Assembly: GCA_963841585.1 (NCBI GenBank)
Contig: CAWJDK010000031.1
Span: forward strand, 182,450-246,449
Origin: an uncultured Actinomycetes bacterium
GTDB taxonomy: Bacteria > Actinomycetota > Actinomycetes > Streptosporangiales > Streptosporangiaceae
DNA length: 64,000 bases
Direction: 5' to 3'
How positions within the stretch are numbered: the stretch's first letter is position 1; every line of letters begins with the position of its first letter. Below are positions 9,022 to 17,570 of this stretch, piece by piece. The position numbers and the translations under genes are program-made. The notes under the pieces were generated by a model, which saw nothing but the letters and a program-made list of their open reading frames with translations, was not told where the DNA came from and searched no databases.

Positions 9022-9685
9022 GCCCCCATCATCGTCTGTCCCACTACGTGGTCGCAAATGTATCCAGTATGTGGACATCGACGGCGACCACGTCCTCGGC
9101 CTGTGGGGCGGCTACCGCGACGAGGCCAGGACGGCCCCGTGGGACGAGCACACCATCACCAACGTCTGGTCCTCCACCAAGACCGTGACCAGCCTGGCCG
9201 CGCTGATGCTCGTCGACCGGGGCGAGCTGGACGTGGACCAGCCGGTCGCGAAGTACTGGCCCGAGTTCGGCGCCCACGGCAAGCAGGACGTCCTGGTCCG
9301 GCACGTCATGTCGCACGCCTCCGGGGTGTCCGGCCTGGACCAGCCGGCGTCGGTCGAGGTCCTCTACGACTGGGAGCAGTCCACCTCCCGGATGGCGGCC
9401 CAGGCGCCCTGGTGGAGCCGGGCACCGCATCGGGTTACCACGCGCTCAACTACGGGCACATCGCGGTTCGGCATCGGTTACGGGCTCCCCCTGGCGGCCG
9501 CGGTGGCCTACATCCCGGACGAGAAGATCTGCTTCTGGGGCGGCTGGGGCGGCTCGATCATCATCATGGACACCGGCCGCCGGATGACGGTTTCCTACAT
9601 GATGAACAAGATGGGGCCAGGCGTCGTCGGCTCCGACCGGAGCGCCGAGTACGTCACGGCGATCTACGACGCGGTCGCCCCGTAG
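9020..9685 (+). pseudogene. Beta-lactamase-family serine hydrolase remnant (N-terminal truncation, 1-nt frameshift, large internal deletion)
   Basis: SSTK (SxxK) motif present. After APWW the expected EPGTASGYHALNYGHI lies in the +1 frame (tggtgg-agccg lacks a G at about 9414). The reading returns at RFGIGYG. Total about 220 aa versus about 380 expected. Confidence 0.7.
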
Positions 9686-9690
9686 AAAGC

Positions 9691-9730
9691 GGCGCGGGCC
9701 GGGGAGGAAGATACCTCCCCGGCCCGCGCC
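9691..9730. terminator. Bidirectional GC-rich hairpin between convergent genes
   Basis: ggcgcgggccggggagg-aagata-cctccccggcccgcgcc, a perfect 17-bp stem. Confidence 0.6.
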
Positions 9731-9758
9731 AGCTAACGACCCGCCAGCTAACCAGCGG

Positions 9759-11735
9759 TCAGTGCCGGTATCCGAAGAAGAACGCCGGGCCGTACGGCGT
9801 GCCCACCCCGGTCTCGTCGTCGTAACCCGGGGTGTCGTGCAGGGTCGAGCTCTGCACGTCGACGGTTTGCAGCCGCCAGAACTTGCCTTGGCTGTTGTCC
9901 AGGAAGTTCGTGTAGTCGGTGCGGACCTGGGCCAGCGGCGAGGTCGGCGCCACGATGTCGTGCAGGGCCGAGGTGCCGAGCAGCCGGTAGTACAGCGGGT
10001 TGATGAAGCCCAGCAGGCGATGGTGCGCCTGGTCGGCCACTGCTACCACGCCCGCCAGAAGCGGGGAGGCAAGGCTGGTCCCGCCGATGCGGTACTGGGC
10101 CCAGTAGGTGCCGTTCGGGAACACCTGGGTCTCGCCGACCAGCATGCCGGTGTTGGGGTCGGCGTCCATCGCGATGTCGGGCACCGCCCGCATCGGGGTG
10201 CTGCCGTAGTACTCCGAGATGTTGGTGGGCACGTTGCCGGCCTGGTACCAGGGCTGGGTGTACAGCTGGCTGGTCCCGCCGCCGCCGCCGGAGTTGTAGG
10301 TGCCGGGCGGAGCCGGGGTCCAGGACTTCTTCTTCAGGGTCGAGTACGAGGTCTGCCAGCCATACTCGTCCAGCCACTGGCGGTGGCTGCCGATGAACAG
10401 GCTGGTGCCGCCAACCCCGGTGACGTAGGGCAGGTCGGCCGGGAAGTCCACGGTCTTGGCCGACAGGTCGGTGCCGCCGGCGGTCTGGTCGCCCGCGTCG
10501 CCGGCGGAGAAGTTCACCGTGATGCCGGTGAGGGCCGCTTCGAGGGAGAACTGCTCGTAGAACCGTACGTAGTCGGTGCCGAGCAGGGTGATGTCGTCCG
10601 TGTCGGAGCCCCAGGAGTTGCTGATCACGTCGGCGACATGGTTGTCGATCGTGGCCGCCCAGGTCTCGTCCAGCCCGCTGGCGCAGTCGGGCGCCCCGAC
10701 GTAGACGATGTTGGCGCCGGGCGCCATTGCGTGCACGGCCTCGACGTCGAGGGTCTCCTCGCCGTACCAGTCCTGGGGCCCGCACAGGCTGGTCTGGTCG
10801 AAGCCGTTCGGGGGCGGCACGATCTGGGAGAACTGGCCCGGCTGGAACAAGGGCTGGTGGTGCACCAGGTTGTACTTCTGGGCGTCGGCGTACATCGTCG
10901 GCGCCGCGTAGGCGTCGGTGACCGCCACGGTGACTCCGCCGCCGTCGAGGCCCGACTTGAGCAGCGAACTCTCGCCGTAGGCCGACTGGAGCTGCTGGGG
11001 GCCGTAGCCGCAGACCGCATAGGGCTGGTGCTTGCCGTAGGCAGCGGGCTTGTTGCTGGCTACCTTCTGCGCGTAGTAGGCCGAGCATGGCTGCACCCCG
11101 TACCTGGCGCCGGGCGGCGGACCGGGTTCGGTGGCGGCGGTGTGCTTGAGGGCGGTGCCCTGGTCGATCCCGATCACCCCGGTGAGCGCGCCGGCGACCA
11201 CGGCCGGGGTGCCCGCCGGAAGGGATAGCTCCGAGTTGTTCGCGTGAACGTCCTTACCGAGGTAGGAGTAGTCGTGCACGCTCGTGCCGAAGGTGCTCTC
11301 CACCTGCGCGACCGAACCCCTGGCCTCCACGTACATCCCGCTGGGCAGGGTCGTGGTGATCCGGAAGCCTTCCGAGCGGAGCCAGTGCTGGACCGCGGTG
11401 ACGGAGGACCTGGCCGGCGCGAAACGGGCGTCGAATTCCGCGTTGGTCAGCCACTGGCCGTAGCTGGGGCTGGCCGGGTCGGAGACCGCTTGCAAGGTGT
11501 CCATGGCGTCGGCTTGATCACGCATGCCGAGGAGTACGCCGAAGCTCATCTGCTGTGCCGGCGGGCTCGTGCCCATATCGCGCGCCTGGTGCAGCCACTT
11601 GGGCATGCTTCCGTCCAGCGGATGTCGGCCTTGCGCCGCGGCCGAAGCGACTCCGGCTGTCGCCGTCAGGCCGAGCACGGTGCCGCTGGCCAGCAGGCCA
11701 ATGGCCACCTTGCGAACGAATCGGGACGAACCCAT
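9759..11735 (-). CDS. Secreted S53 (sedolisin/kumamolisin-type) serine peptidase with pro-domain
   Basis: Signal peptide, pro-kumamolisin-like N-domain, GGTSLASPLLAG catalytic-serine motif. Confidence 0.9.
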   Translation of the reverse strand: MGSSRFVRKVAIGLLASGTVLGLTATAGVASAAAQGRHPLDGSMPKWLHQARDMGTSPPAQQMSFGVLLGMRDQADAMDTLQAVSDPASPSYGQWLTNAEFDARFAPARSSVTAVQHWLRSEGFRITTTLPSGMYVEARGSVAQVESTFGTSVHDYSYLGKDVHANNSELSLPAGTPAVVAGALTGVIGIDQGTALKHTAATEPGPPPGARYGVQPCSAYYAQKVASNKPAAYGKHQPYAVCGYGPQQLQSAYGESSLLKSGLDGGGVTVAVTDAYAAPTMYADAQKYNLVHHQPLFQPGQFSQIVPPPNGFDQTSLCGPQDWYGEETLDVEAVHAMAPGANIVYVGAPDCASGLDETWAATIDNHVADVISNSWGSDTDDITLLGTDYVRFYEQFSLEAALTGITVNFSAGDAGDQTAGGTDLSAKTVDFPADLPYVTGVGGTSLFIGSHRQWLDEYGWQTSYSTLKKKSWTPAPPGTYNSGGGGGTSQLYTQPWYQAGNVPTNISEYYGSTPMRAVPDIAMDADPNTGMLVGETQVFPNGTYWAQYRIGGTSLASPLLAGVVAVADQAHHRLLGFINPLYYRLLGTSALHDIVAPTSPLAQVRTDYTNFLDNSQGKFWRLQTVDVQSSTLHDTPGYDDETGVGTPYGPAFFFGYRH

Positions 11736-11881
11736 GCGCAGTCTCCCTTTTTACGGGACGAAATCCGCCAGAAGCAAACGGCTGCCAGCTAACCGTGCAG
11801 CTCAGGAGCGCGTCAAGTGGCCACGGGGGAGTGATGCGCGTTTGAGACGTGAATTCTTGAACCGCCGGGCGGGCAGATCCG

Positions 11882-12544
11882 TTACCGGCGCAGCAGTTCG
11901 CGCAGCACCGCCAGGACGTCGTGCACGGCGCTGCTGGTGGTGATCTCCGGGTCACCGAGCGACAGCGGGATGCCCATCCCGTCGGCGGCGGCCACGGCGA
12001 GCACGGCGACCTTGTCCGGGTCGTACCGGCCGCTGAAGACACCTCGCTCGATGCCGCGGCGGACCACGCTCGCCACCAGTTGCCGCCAGGCGGTGTTGTC
12101 CCGCAGCGCATCGGCGCGCATCTCACGGTCGCGAAGGCCGAAATGCCAGGATTCAATCCACAGCCGCCCGCCGCCGGGCGCGTCCGGGGCATATCCGGTC
12201 AGCGACCTGGTGATGATCGTCTCGAGCTGGTCCCACGAGTCGTCCAGGCCGTCGATCTCGGCTTCCAGCGCCGCGATCTCCACGCTGGACGCATGCTGGA
12301 ACGCCGCCACCAGCAGGTCCTCCCGCGAGCCGAAGTAGTACTGCAGGGTGCTGATCGGGACGCCGCTTTCGGCCGCCACGTCGGCGAAGCGGGTGGCGTC
12401 CGCGCCGCGGTCCGCGATCACCCGGCAGGCGGCCTCGAGCACCGCGATCTTCCGGCGCCCGGCTCGCCGGCCGGGGCCGCGGCCCCGTGACGGGCCACGG
12501 CCCGCGGTACCGGGTACCGCGGGCTCGAGGTGCGCTGAGGTCAC
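11882..12544 (-). CDS. TetR/AcrR family transcriptional regulator
   Basis: HTH FADVAAESGVPISTLQYYFGSREDL. GTG start overlaps the permease stop (GTGA). Confidence 0.85.
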   Translation of the reverse strand: MTSAHLEPAVPGTAGRGPSRGRGPGRRAGRRKIAVLEAACRVIADRGADATRFADVAAESGVPISTLQYYFGSREDLLVAAFQHASSVEIAALEAEIDGLDDSWDQLETIITRSLTGYAPDAPGGGRLWIESWHFGLRDREMRADALRDNTAWRQLVASVVRRGIERGVFSGRYDPDKVAVLAVAAADGMGIPLSLGDPEITTSSAVHDVLAVLRELLRR

Positions 12545-14058
12545 AGCGTGTTGCTCCCTTCGTCCCGAACGGGCGTGGTAATTCCCGCAGCGAAGTACCG
12601 GGGCAGGAACCGGGCGGTAACCACCATGATGATCACTCCCACGACGAGGGAACCAGCACCGATCAGGAAGATACCCCCGATTCCGTGGAAGCTGGAGTAG
12701 CTGCTCGCGGCCGGCCAGTAGGACTTGACCGACAGGACGAACGCGCCGAGCAGGGTCAGCCCGCCGATCATCGGCAGGATCCCCTTGGTGACCAGGTCCC
12801 GCACGCTGCCCAGCAGCGAGCGGCGGAAGAACCAGACGCAGGCGAACCCGGTCAGCCCGTAGTAAAAGGCGATCAGCAGCCCGACCGACGCGGCCGAGTC
12901 GGCCAGCACGTTCTTCGACATGGCGGTCAGCAGCACGTAGAACAGGGCCGAGATGCCGCCCATGACCAGCGTCGCGGTGGTCGGCGTGCGGAACCGCGGG
13001 TGCATCCGGGCGAACCAGCGGGGGATCGCGCCGTGCGCCGACATGGCCAGGACCGCGCGCGCGGTCGGCATGATCGTGGTCTGGCAGGACGCGGCCGTGG
13101 AGGTCAGCACGCACAGGACCAGCAGCTTGCCGGGCACGCTGCCGAGCACCGACGTGGCCATGGCGCCGAGCACGTCGGTGCTGTGCGAGGCCAGGAACGC
13201 GGGCCCGGCGTAGGCCAGGGCGGCCACGCTGACCACGGCGAAGATGGCGACCAGCATCAGCGTGGCCATGACCGCGGCGCGGCCCGGGGTGCGCGCGGAG
13301 TCCTTGGTCTCCTCGTTCACGCTCAGGCAGCAGTCCCAGCCCCAGTAGATGAACACGGCCAGCAGGAACGAGTTCGACAGACTGCCGAACGATCCCGTCC
13401 ACGGGCTCAGCCACGCCGCCGACGGGTGCGCCGCTCCGGGCAGCGCGTGCCCGGTGCCGGCCTTCACCAGCGCGACGATCGCGAAGACCGCCAGCGCGCT
13501 CACCTCGATGATCAGCAGCACCTGCTGCAGACGAGCCGACACCTCGATGCCGCGGTAGCAGACGCCGGTGAGCAGGGCGATGAACGCCACACCCGCCACC
13601 GTCACCCAGACGGCCCCGGCCCCCTGCAGGCCGACGAGCTGCATGAAGTACCGTCCGGCGATCTGCGCCAGGCTGGCCATCACGATGATGTCGGCCGCGA
13701 TCAGCCCCCAGCCGCCCATCCAGCCGGCCCGCGGCCCGAACGCCCGGGCCGTCCAGGTGAACGTGGTGCCGCAGTCCGGGTCGGCCTTGTTCAGCTCGCG
13801 GAACGAGTAGGCGATGCAGAGCATCGGCAGGAAGGACACGATCAGCGTGCCCGGGCTGTGCACCCCGACCACCGCGACGATCAGGCCGAGCGTCGCGGCC
13901 ATGCTGTACGCGGGCGCGGTCGAGGAGACCGCGATCACCACGCTGGAGAGCAGTCCGAGCGCCCCGGCCCGCAGGCCCTTGTCGTGGGTCTGCGCTGATG
14001 CCGCGGGCGCGGAGATAACGGGCGGAGCAGTCGTCTCCGCGCTAACGAGAGTGGCCAT
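12541..14058 (-). CDS. APC-family amino acid/polyamine permease
   Basis: 505-aa polytopic ORF with typical APC N-terminal segment (LGLLSSVVIAVSSTAPAYS). Confidence 0.9.
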   Translation of the reverse strand: MATLVSAETTAPPVISAPAASAQTHDKGLRAGALGLLSSVVIAVSSTAPAYSMAATLGLIVAVVGVHSPGTLIVSFLPMLCIAYSFRELNKADPDCGTTFTWTARAFGPRAGWMGGWGLIAADIIVMASLAQIAGRYFMQLVGLQGAGAVWVTVAGVAFIALLTGVCYRGIEVSARLQQVLLIIEVSALAVFAIVALVKAGTGHALPGAAHPSAAWLSPWTGSFGSLSNSFLLAVFIYWGWDCCLSVNEETKDSARTPGRAAVMATLMLVAIFAVVSVAALAYAGPAFLASHSTDVLGAMATSVLGSVPGKLLVLCVLTSTAASCQTTIMPTARAVLAMSAHGAIPRWFARMHPRFRTPTTATLVMGGISALFYVLLTAMSKNVLADSAASVGLLIAFYYGLTGFACVWFFRRSLLGSVRDLVTKGILPMIGGLTLLGAFVLSVKSYWPAASSYSSFHGIGGIFLIGAGSLVVGVIIMVVTARFLPRYFAAGITTPVRDEGSNTL

Positions 14059-14108
14059 GGGATGTGTACCGCCTTCCGCCCGGGCCGCGTGCCGGGGCTA
14101 TGGCAGTA

Positions 14109-14137
14109 CTGTATAGCAATACAATATTGTTGTACAG
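14109..14137. promoter_or_regulatory. Imperfect palindrome in the AT-rich leader of the permease-TetR operon (candidate TetR operator)
   Basis: CTGTATAGCAATA-CAA-TATTGTTGTACAG, 13-bp arms with 2 mismatches, 51 nt upstream of the permease start. Confidence 0.35.
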
Positions 14138-14165
14138 GTTTCTGGTACGAAGTTTTTTGACCTCC

Positions 14166-15008
14166 TCAGGCCGGCCCGTGCCGCTTGGCTCCGCTGCTCC
14201 CGTGGCCGTGGCCGTGGCCAGCGCCGTGGCCCGGGCGTCCGCCGGCCTCGGCGGTGCCCCGCGCCACAGCGAGCACGCCGAGCAGCGCGGCCAGCGGGAC
14301 GGCCACCGCGATGAAGTCGGATGAGGTGAAGTTGCCCAGCGCGTTCAGCGCCCCGGCGAACCCGACGATCAGCACCGCGACCACCGTCAGGCCCCACCCG
14401 TGCAAGAACAGCCGCAGCGTGAACGGCGGCCTGGGCTCGGCCACCTCGGCCACGGCGGTAACGGTCTTGGTCGCGCGCCGTTCGGTCAGGCCCTCGCGCA
14501 CCCGGGCGATGATGGTCAGCTCGCCGGGCTGCTCGGGCAGCAGCAGCAGGTCGCCGGGATGAGCCGGGTCGGGCGCGTGCGACACCGCGCCGCCGCCGAC
14601 CGCCCACGTCACGACCTGGTGCGGGCCCGCGGACTGGACCCGGAACCTGGCCTGCTCGCCGGCCACGACCTCATCCGGACCCTCGATAACCTCGGGCAGC
14701 CCCTTACCTGCCCGGCCGCCTGCGCCACTGCCTGCCCGGCCACCTGCCGCGGCGGGCTTGGCCCGCGCCTGTCCCTCCGTGGCCTCTTTAGCTGCGGCGC
14801 CTTCGATCGCGGCCGCGGCCTTCTCGGCCGAGCCGTTTCCGCTGACGACCGGGAACTGGCGCCGGACCAGCAGTTCCGCCAGCCGGATCTGGCGTGCGTT
14901 CACGCTCCAGGCCATGGCCACCACCACCGCGGCTACCGCGGCCGCGCCCAGCCCGAGCCAGGCGGCGACGGCGGGATGGCTGGCCCCTTGGACAAGGGCT
15001 TCGAACAT
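14166..15008 (-). CDS. Hypothetical membrane protein with a His/Gly-rich C-terminal tail
   Basis: 280-aa GC3-rich ORF. It has one N-terminal and two C-terminal hydrophobic helices and the tail GHGAGHGHGHGSS. No family recognised. Confidence 0.5.
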   Translation of the reverse strand: MFEALVQGASHPAVAAWLGLGAAAVAAVVVAMAWSVNARQIRLAELLVRRQFPVVSGNGSAEKAAAAIEGAAAKEATEGQARAKPAAAGGRAGSGAGGRAGKGLPEVIEGPDEVVAGEQARFRVQSAGPHQVVTWAVGGGAVSHAPDPAHPGDLLLLPEQPGELTIIARVREGLTERRATKTVTAVAEVAEPRPPFTLRLFLHGWGLTVVAVLIVGFAGALNALGNFTSSDFIAVAVPLAALLGVLAVARGTAEAGGRPGHGAGHGHGHGSSGAKRHGPA

Positions 15009-15119
15009 GTCATCTATTAAAACATATGATCGAACACCCGGAAACCCCGTTCGATTTCATTCGAACCGAACGAGCCCAGCCTCTCGCCCTCCGCCCCGGA
15101 CGCGGTCTCCGCCCAGCGT

Positions 15120-15230
15120 CTCGCCTCCGTCCCGGACCGCAGCCTTTGTCCATCGCCCTCGCCTCCGTCCCGGACCGCAGCTTTGTCCATCGCCTCGCCT
15201 CCGTCCCGGACCGCAGCTTTTGTCCACCCT
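15120..15230. repeat. Tandem repeat, about 37-bp unit x3 (ctcgcctccgtcccggaccgcagctttgtccatcgcc)
   Basis: Units at 15120, 15158 and 15194, with a degenerate copy just upstream. Confidence 0.85.
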
Positions 15231-15297
15231 CTGTCCGGCCGTGCCCATCGCCTTCGACGCGTCGCGACAGTGGCGCGGCGCGTCGGCCAGCGAAAGA

Positions 15298-15397
15298 AAC
15301 TTCGGTCACTCTGGCACCATCCGTACCCGATCATTCGATGTGAATGTCCCATTCATGCAGCTAGAACGACATGAATGGGACATTCACGCCGTATAAA
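15298..15397 (+). repeat. Hairpin-cored interspersed repeat, copy 1
   Basis: Perfect 18-bp inverted repeat GTGAATGTCCCATTCATG (15340-15357) / CATGAATGGGACATTCAC (15370-15387) with a 12-nt loop and a GCCGTATAAA tail. Homologous copies lie at 26395-26459 and 61120-61210. Confidence 0.85.
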
Positions 15398-15515
15398 AGG
15401 GGCGGGCCCGGGTGGTGGGCAAACGATTCTGCGGTCGCAGGAGGCTCTCGGGCGCGCAGGGGCACCACGGATCACAGCCTCGTAGCACGCCGTCCGCGCC
15501 TGGTCCCGCTGCACC

Positions 15516-15607
15516 GGAGGTGCAGCGGAGATGCCAGCGGAGGTGCAGCGAAGATGCCAGCGGAGGTGCAGCGGAGGTGCCAGCGGAGGTGCAGGGAAGA
15601 TGCCAGC
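15516..15607. repeat. Tandem repeat, 23-bp unit x4 (ggaggtgcagcggagatgccagc)
   Basis: Read directly; non-coding context. Confidence 0.85.
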
Positions 15608-15695
15608 GGAGAGGAATGCCGAGCCGACTTGACGTGAGCTCTCGTCCCCGCGGCGCCGCTGCTAGCCGCTCTCTGTTAGCCGTTGCAACAGCTAG

Positions 15696-15875
15696 CTAGC
15701 CGTTGTGGGGGCTGACTGAGCTCAGCGCGTCGTCCAGCATCCCGGGAAAGGTGTCCGGGTACTTGGCCAGCAGGTAGGTCATGACGCCGAGGAGATCGGA
15801 GCCGCTGAGCGCCTTGACCCGGGAGATCCGTAGCTCGGCGCCGGCCTCGTGGGTGCCGGTTTCAGAATCGGTCAT
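15696..15875 (-). CDS. Small hypothetical protein (59 aa) immediately downstream of 15885..16691
   Basis: My own translation is MTDSETGTHEAGAELRISRVKALSGSDLLGVMTYLLAKYPDTFPGMLDDALSSVSPHNG. GC3-rich, 9 nt after the upstream stop, and below the ORF-track size cutoff. Confidence 0.35.
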   Translation of the reverse strand: MTDSETGTHEAGAELRISRVKALSGSDLLGVMTYLLAKYPDTFPGMLDDALSSVSPHNG

Positions 15876-15884
15876 GCGTCCCGG

Positions 15885-16691
15885 CTACCCCCGGCAACGA
15901 GGAAAATCCGCCGCATTCCCGGTTAATGCACGCAGCGCTTCCTCTGGCACGAGCGCCAGCACCTCGGCCGCGGCAGCCGGAACGCCGCTGACGTACAGCG
16001 GCGGCGCCAGCGTGTGCGTGTCGGCCGCGACGATCTTGACGTCGGACAGGCCGATGGCCAGGTCCGCCGGGTCGGCCGCCAGCTTGTCCCGTACGGCGGC
16101 GGTGGCTCCCCTCAGCGCGCCGGCCGCGGCGCCGGCGTGGTGCCCCACCACCAGGTGCAGGTCGTTGTCCACGTCGGCGGGCCGGGCGTGGTAGCGGTGC
16201 AGCAGCCCCGCCGCGTTCATCTCGCGCCGAAGCTCGTCCAGCGGCATGCCCGCCCCTGCCACGCCAGCCAGCGAGTCGGCCGGCCATCCCACCAGCACGA
16301 ACGCCTCGCCTTGCACCGAGAAGGTCCGTTCGGCCAGGTGCTGGCCCCGGCTGCGGAACGGGACCGCCTGGTCCGGCCGGAACCCGCCGATCCTGACCCG
16401 CAACGGCACCGCGAAGCGCCGGGCCAGGATGTCCATCACCCGCGGCAGGTCCATCTCCTGCCGCACGCCCTCGTGCTCGAGCAGGTACTCGTTGACGATC
16501 GTGCCGCCCTCGCGCACGCCGTTGAGCGCGATCAGCGTGCCGTGCACCTGCTCCAGGGTGTACGGGCGGAAATCGGCCCCCACGTGCTCGGCGATCAGCG
16601 CCTGTACCCCGGTCAGCAGCTCGCGCAGCCGGCCGGTTTTCGGTCCGTAGAAGGCCACGGCCGAGATGAAACGGCTTCCCACCCCGTTCAT
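15885..16691 (-). CDS. Hypothetical protein (268 aa), family not recognised
   Basis: GC3-rich ORF. Weak 2H-phosphoesterase-like H-x-T motif (VHGTLIAL) plus HLVVGH. Divergent from the LLM gene. Confidence 0.55.
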   Translation of the reverse strand: MNGVGSRFISAVAFYGPKTGRLRELLTGVQALIAEHVGADFRPYTLEQVHGTLIALNGVREGGTIVNEYLLEHEGVRQEMDLPRVMDILARRFAVPLRVRIGGFRPDQAVPFRSRGQHLAERTFSVQGEAFVLVGWPADSLAGVAGAGMPLDELRREMNAAGLLHRYHARPADVDNDLHLVVGHHAGAAAGALRGATAAVRDKLAADPADLAIGLSDVKIVAADTHTLAPPLYVSGVPAAAAEVLALVPEEALRALTGNAADFPRCRG

Positions 16692-16726
16692 CCTGCCACC
16701 CCCGGCGGACGCGGTAGGTTGCGGAC

Positions 16727-17570
16727 ATGAAGTTCGGGCTCATGTACAACACCGGTTTCCTCGGCACCGACCCGGACCGGATGATCGCGGTGGCCCGGCA
16801 CGCGGAGCAGTGCGGCTTCGAGTCCTTCTACTGTCCCGAGCACATCGCGCTGTACCCGGGCGCCAGCGTCGGGCCGGTGACCTTCCCGGCGGCGACGCCG
16901 GTGGCCGATCCGCTCGAGTGCCTGGCCTTCGTCGCGGCGGCCACCGAGCGCATCCTGCTCGGCACCGGCGTCCTGCTGCTGCCCTATCATCAGCCGGTGG
17001 TCCTGGCCAAGCGGCTCGCCACGCTGGACGTGCTGTCCAAGGGCCGGATGCGCCTGTTCACCGTCGGCGTGGGCGCGCTGCCCGGCGAGGCCATGGCGGG
17101 CGGCGTCGACTTCGCCACGCGCGGCCGCCGCGCGGACGAGGCCATCGACGTGCTGCGGCTGCTCTGGGACGGGGACGAGAACGGGGTCAGCTTCGACGGC
17201 GAGTTCTTCTCCTTCACCCGCCTGTGCAGCTTCCCCAAGCCGCGGGCCAGGCTGCCCATCCACATCGGGGGCTCAAGCCCGGCCGCGGCCCGCCGCGCGG
17301 GCCTGCGCGGCGACGGCTGGTTCCCGGGCGGCCAGCTCACCGAGGCCGAACGAACCGCCCAGCTCGACGTAGTGCGAGAGACGGCCCGGGCCGCGGGCCG
17401 GGACCCGGCCGCGCTGGAGTACACCCGCTGGGGAGCCATCGACGTAACCGCCGACGACGTGGTCGCCTATGCCGCGCGGCACGACGCGCCTGGTCGTGTC
17501 GCCCGCCTCGCCCGACCTCTCCGAGCAGCTAGACCAGATCTCCGCCCTGGCCGCCCGCCTGGCCCTCTGA
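16727..17570 (+). pseudogene. LLM-class (luciferase-like) F420-dependent oxidoreductase with a C-terminal frameshift
   Basis: MKFGLMYNTGF...PEHIALYPG...IHIGGSSPAAARRAG. After VVAYA (about 17471) the family-like end RGTTRLVVSPASPDLSEQLDQISALAARLAL-stop (17570) sits in another frame. The in-frame continuation to 17980 is P/R/A-rich junk antisense to the next gene. Confidence 0.7.

Noticed and set aside
15298-15397. A small peptide (..RSFDVNVPFMQLERHEWDIHAV) encoded across the hairpin and conserved in copies 1-3. Related peptides (MGHSHRMI.., ..LQLHEWDIH..) appear on the opposite strand.
   Set aside because: - The similarity on both strands follows from the palindrome.
- Codons here are not GC3-biased, unlike every confident gene in the window.
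- The upstream in-frame sequence is non-triplet tandem repeat (13- and 14-bp units).
- The differences between copies are equally well explained by loop versus stem position.

I could not fully exclude a micropeptide.
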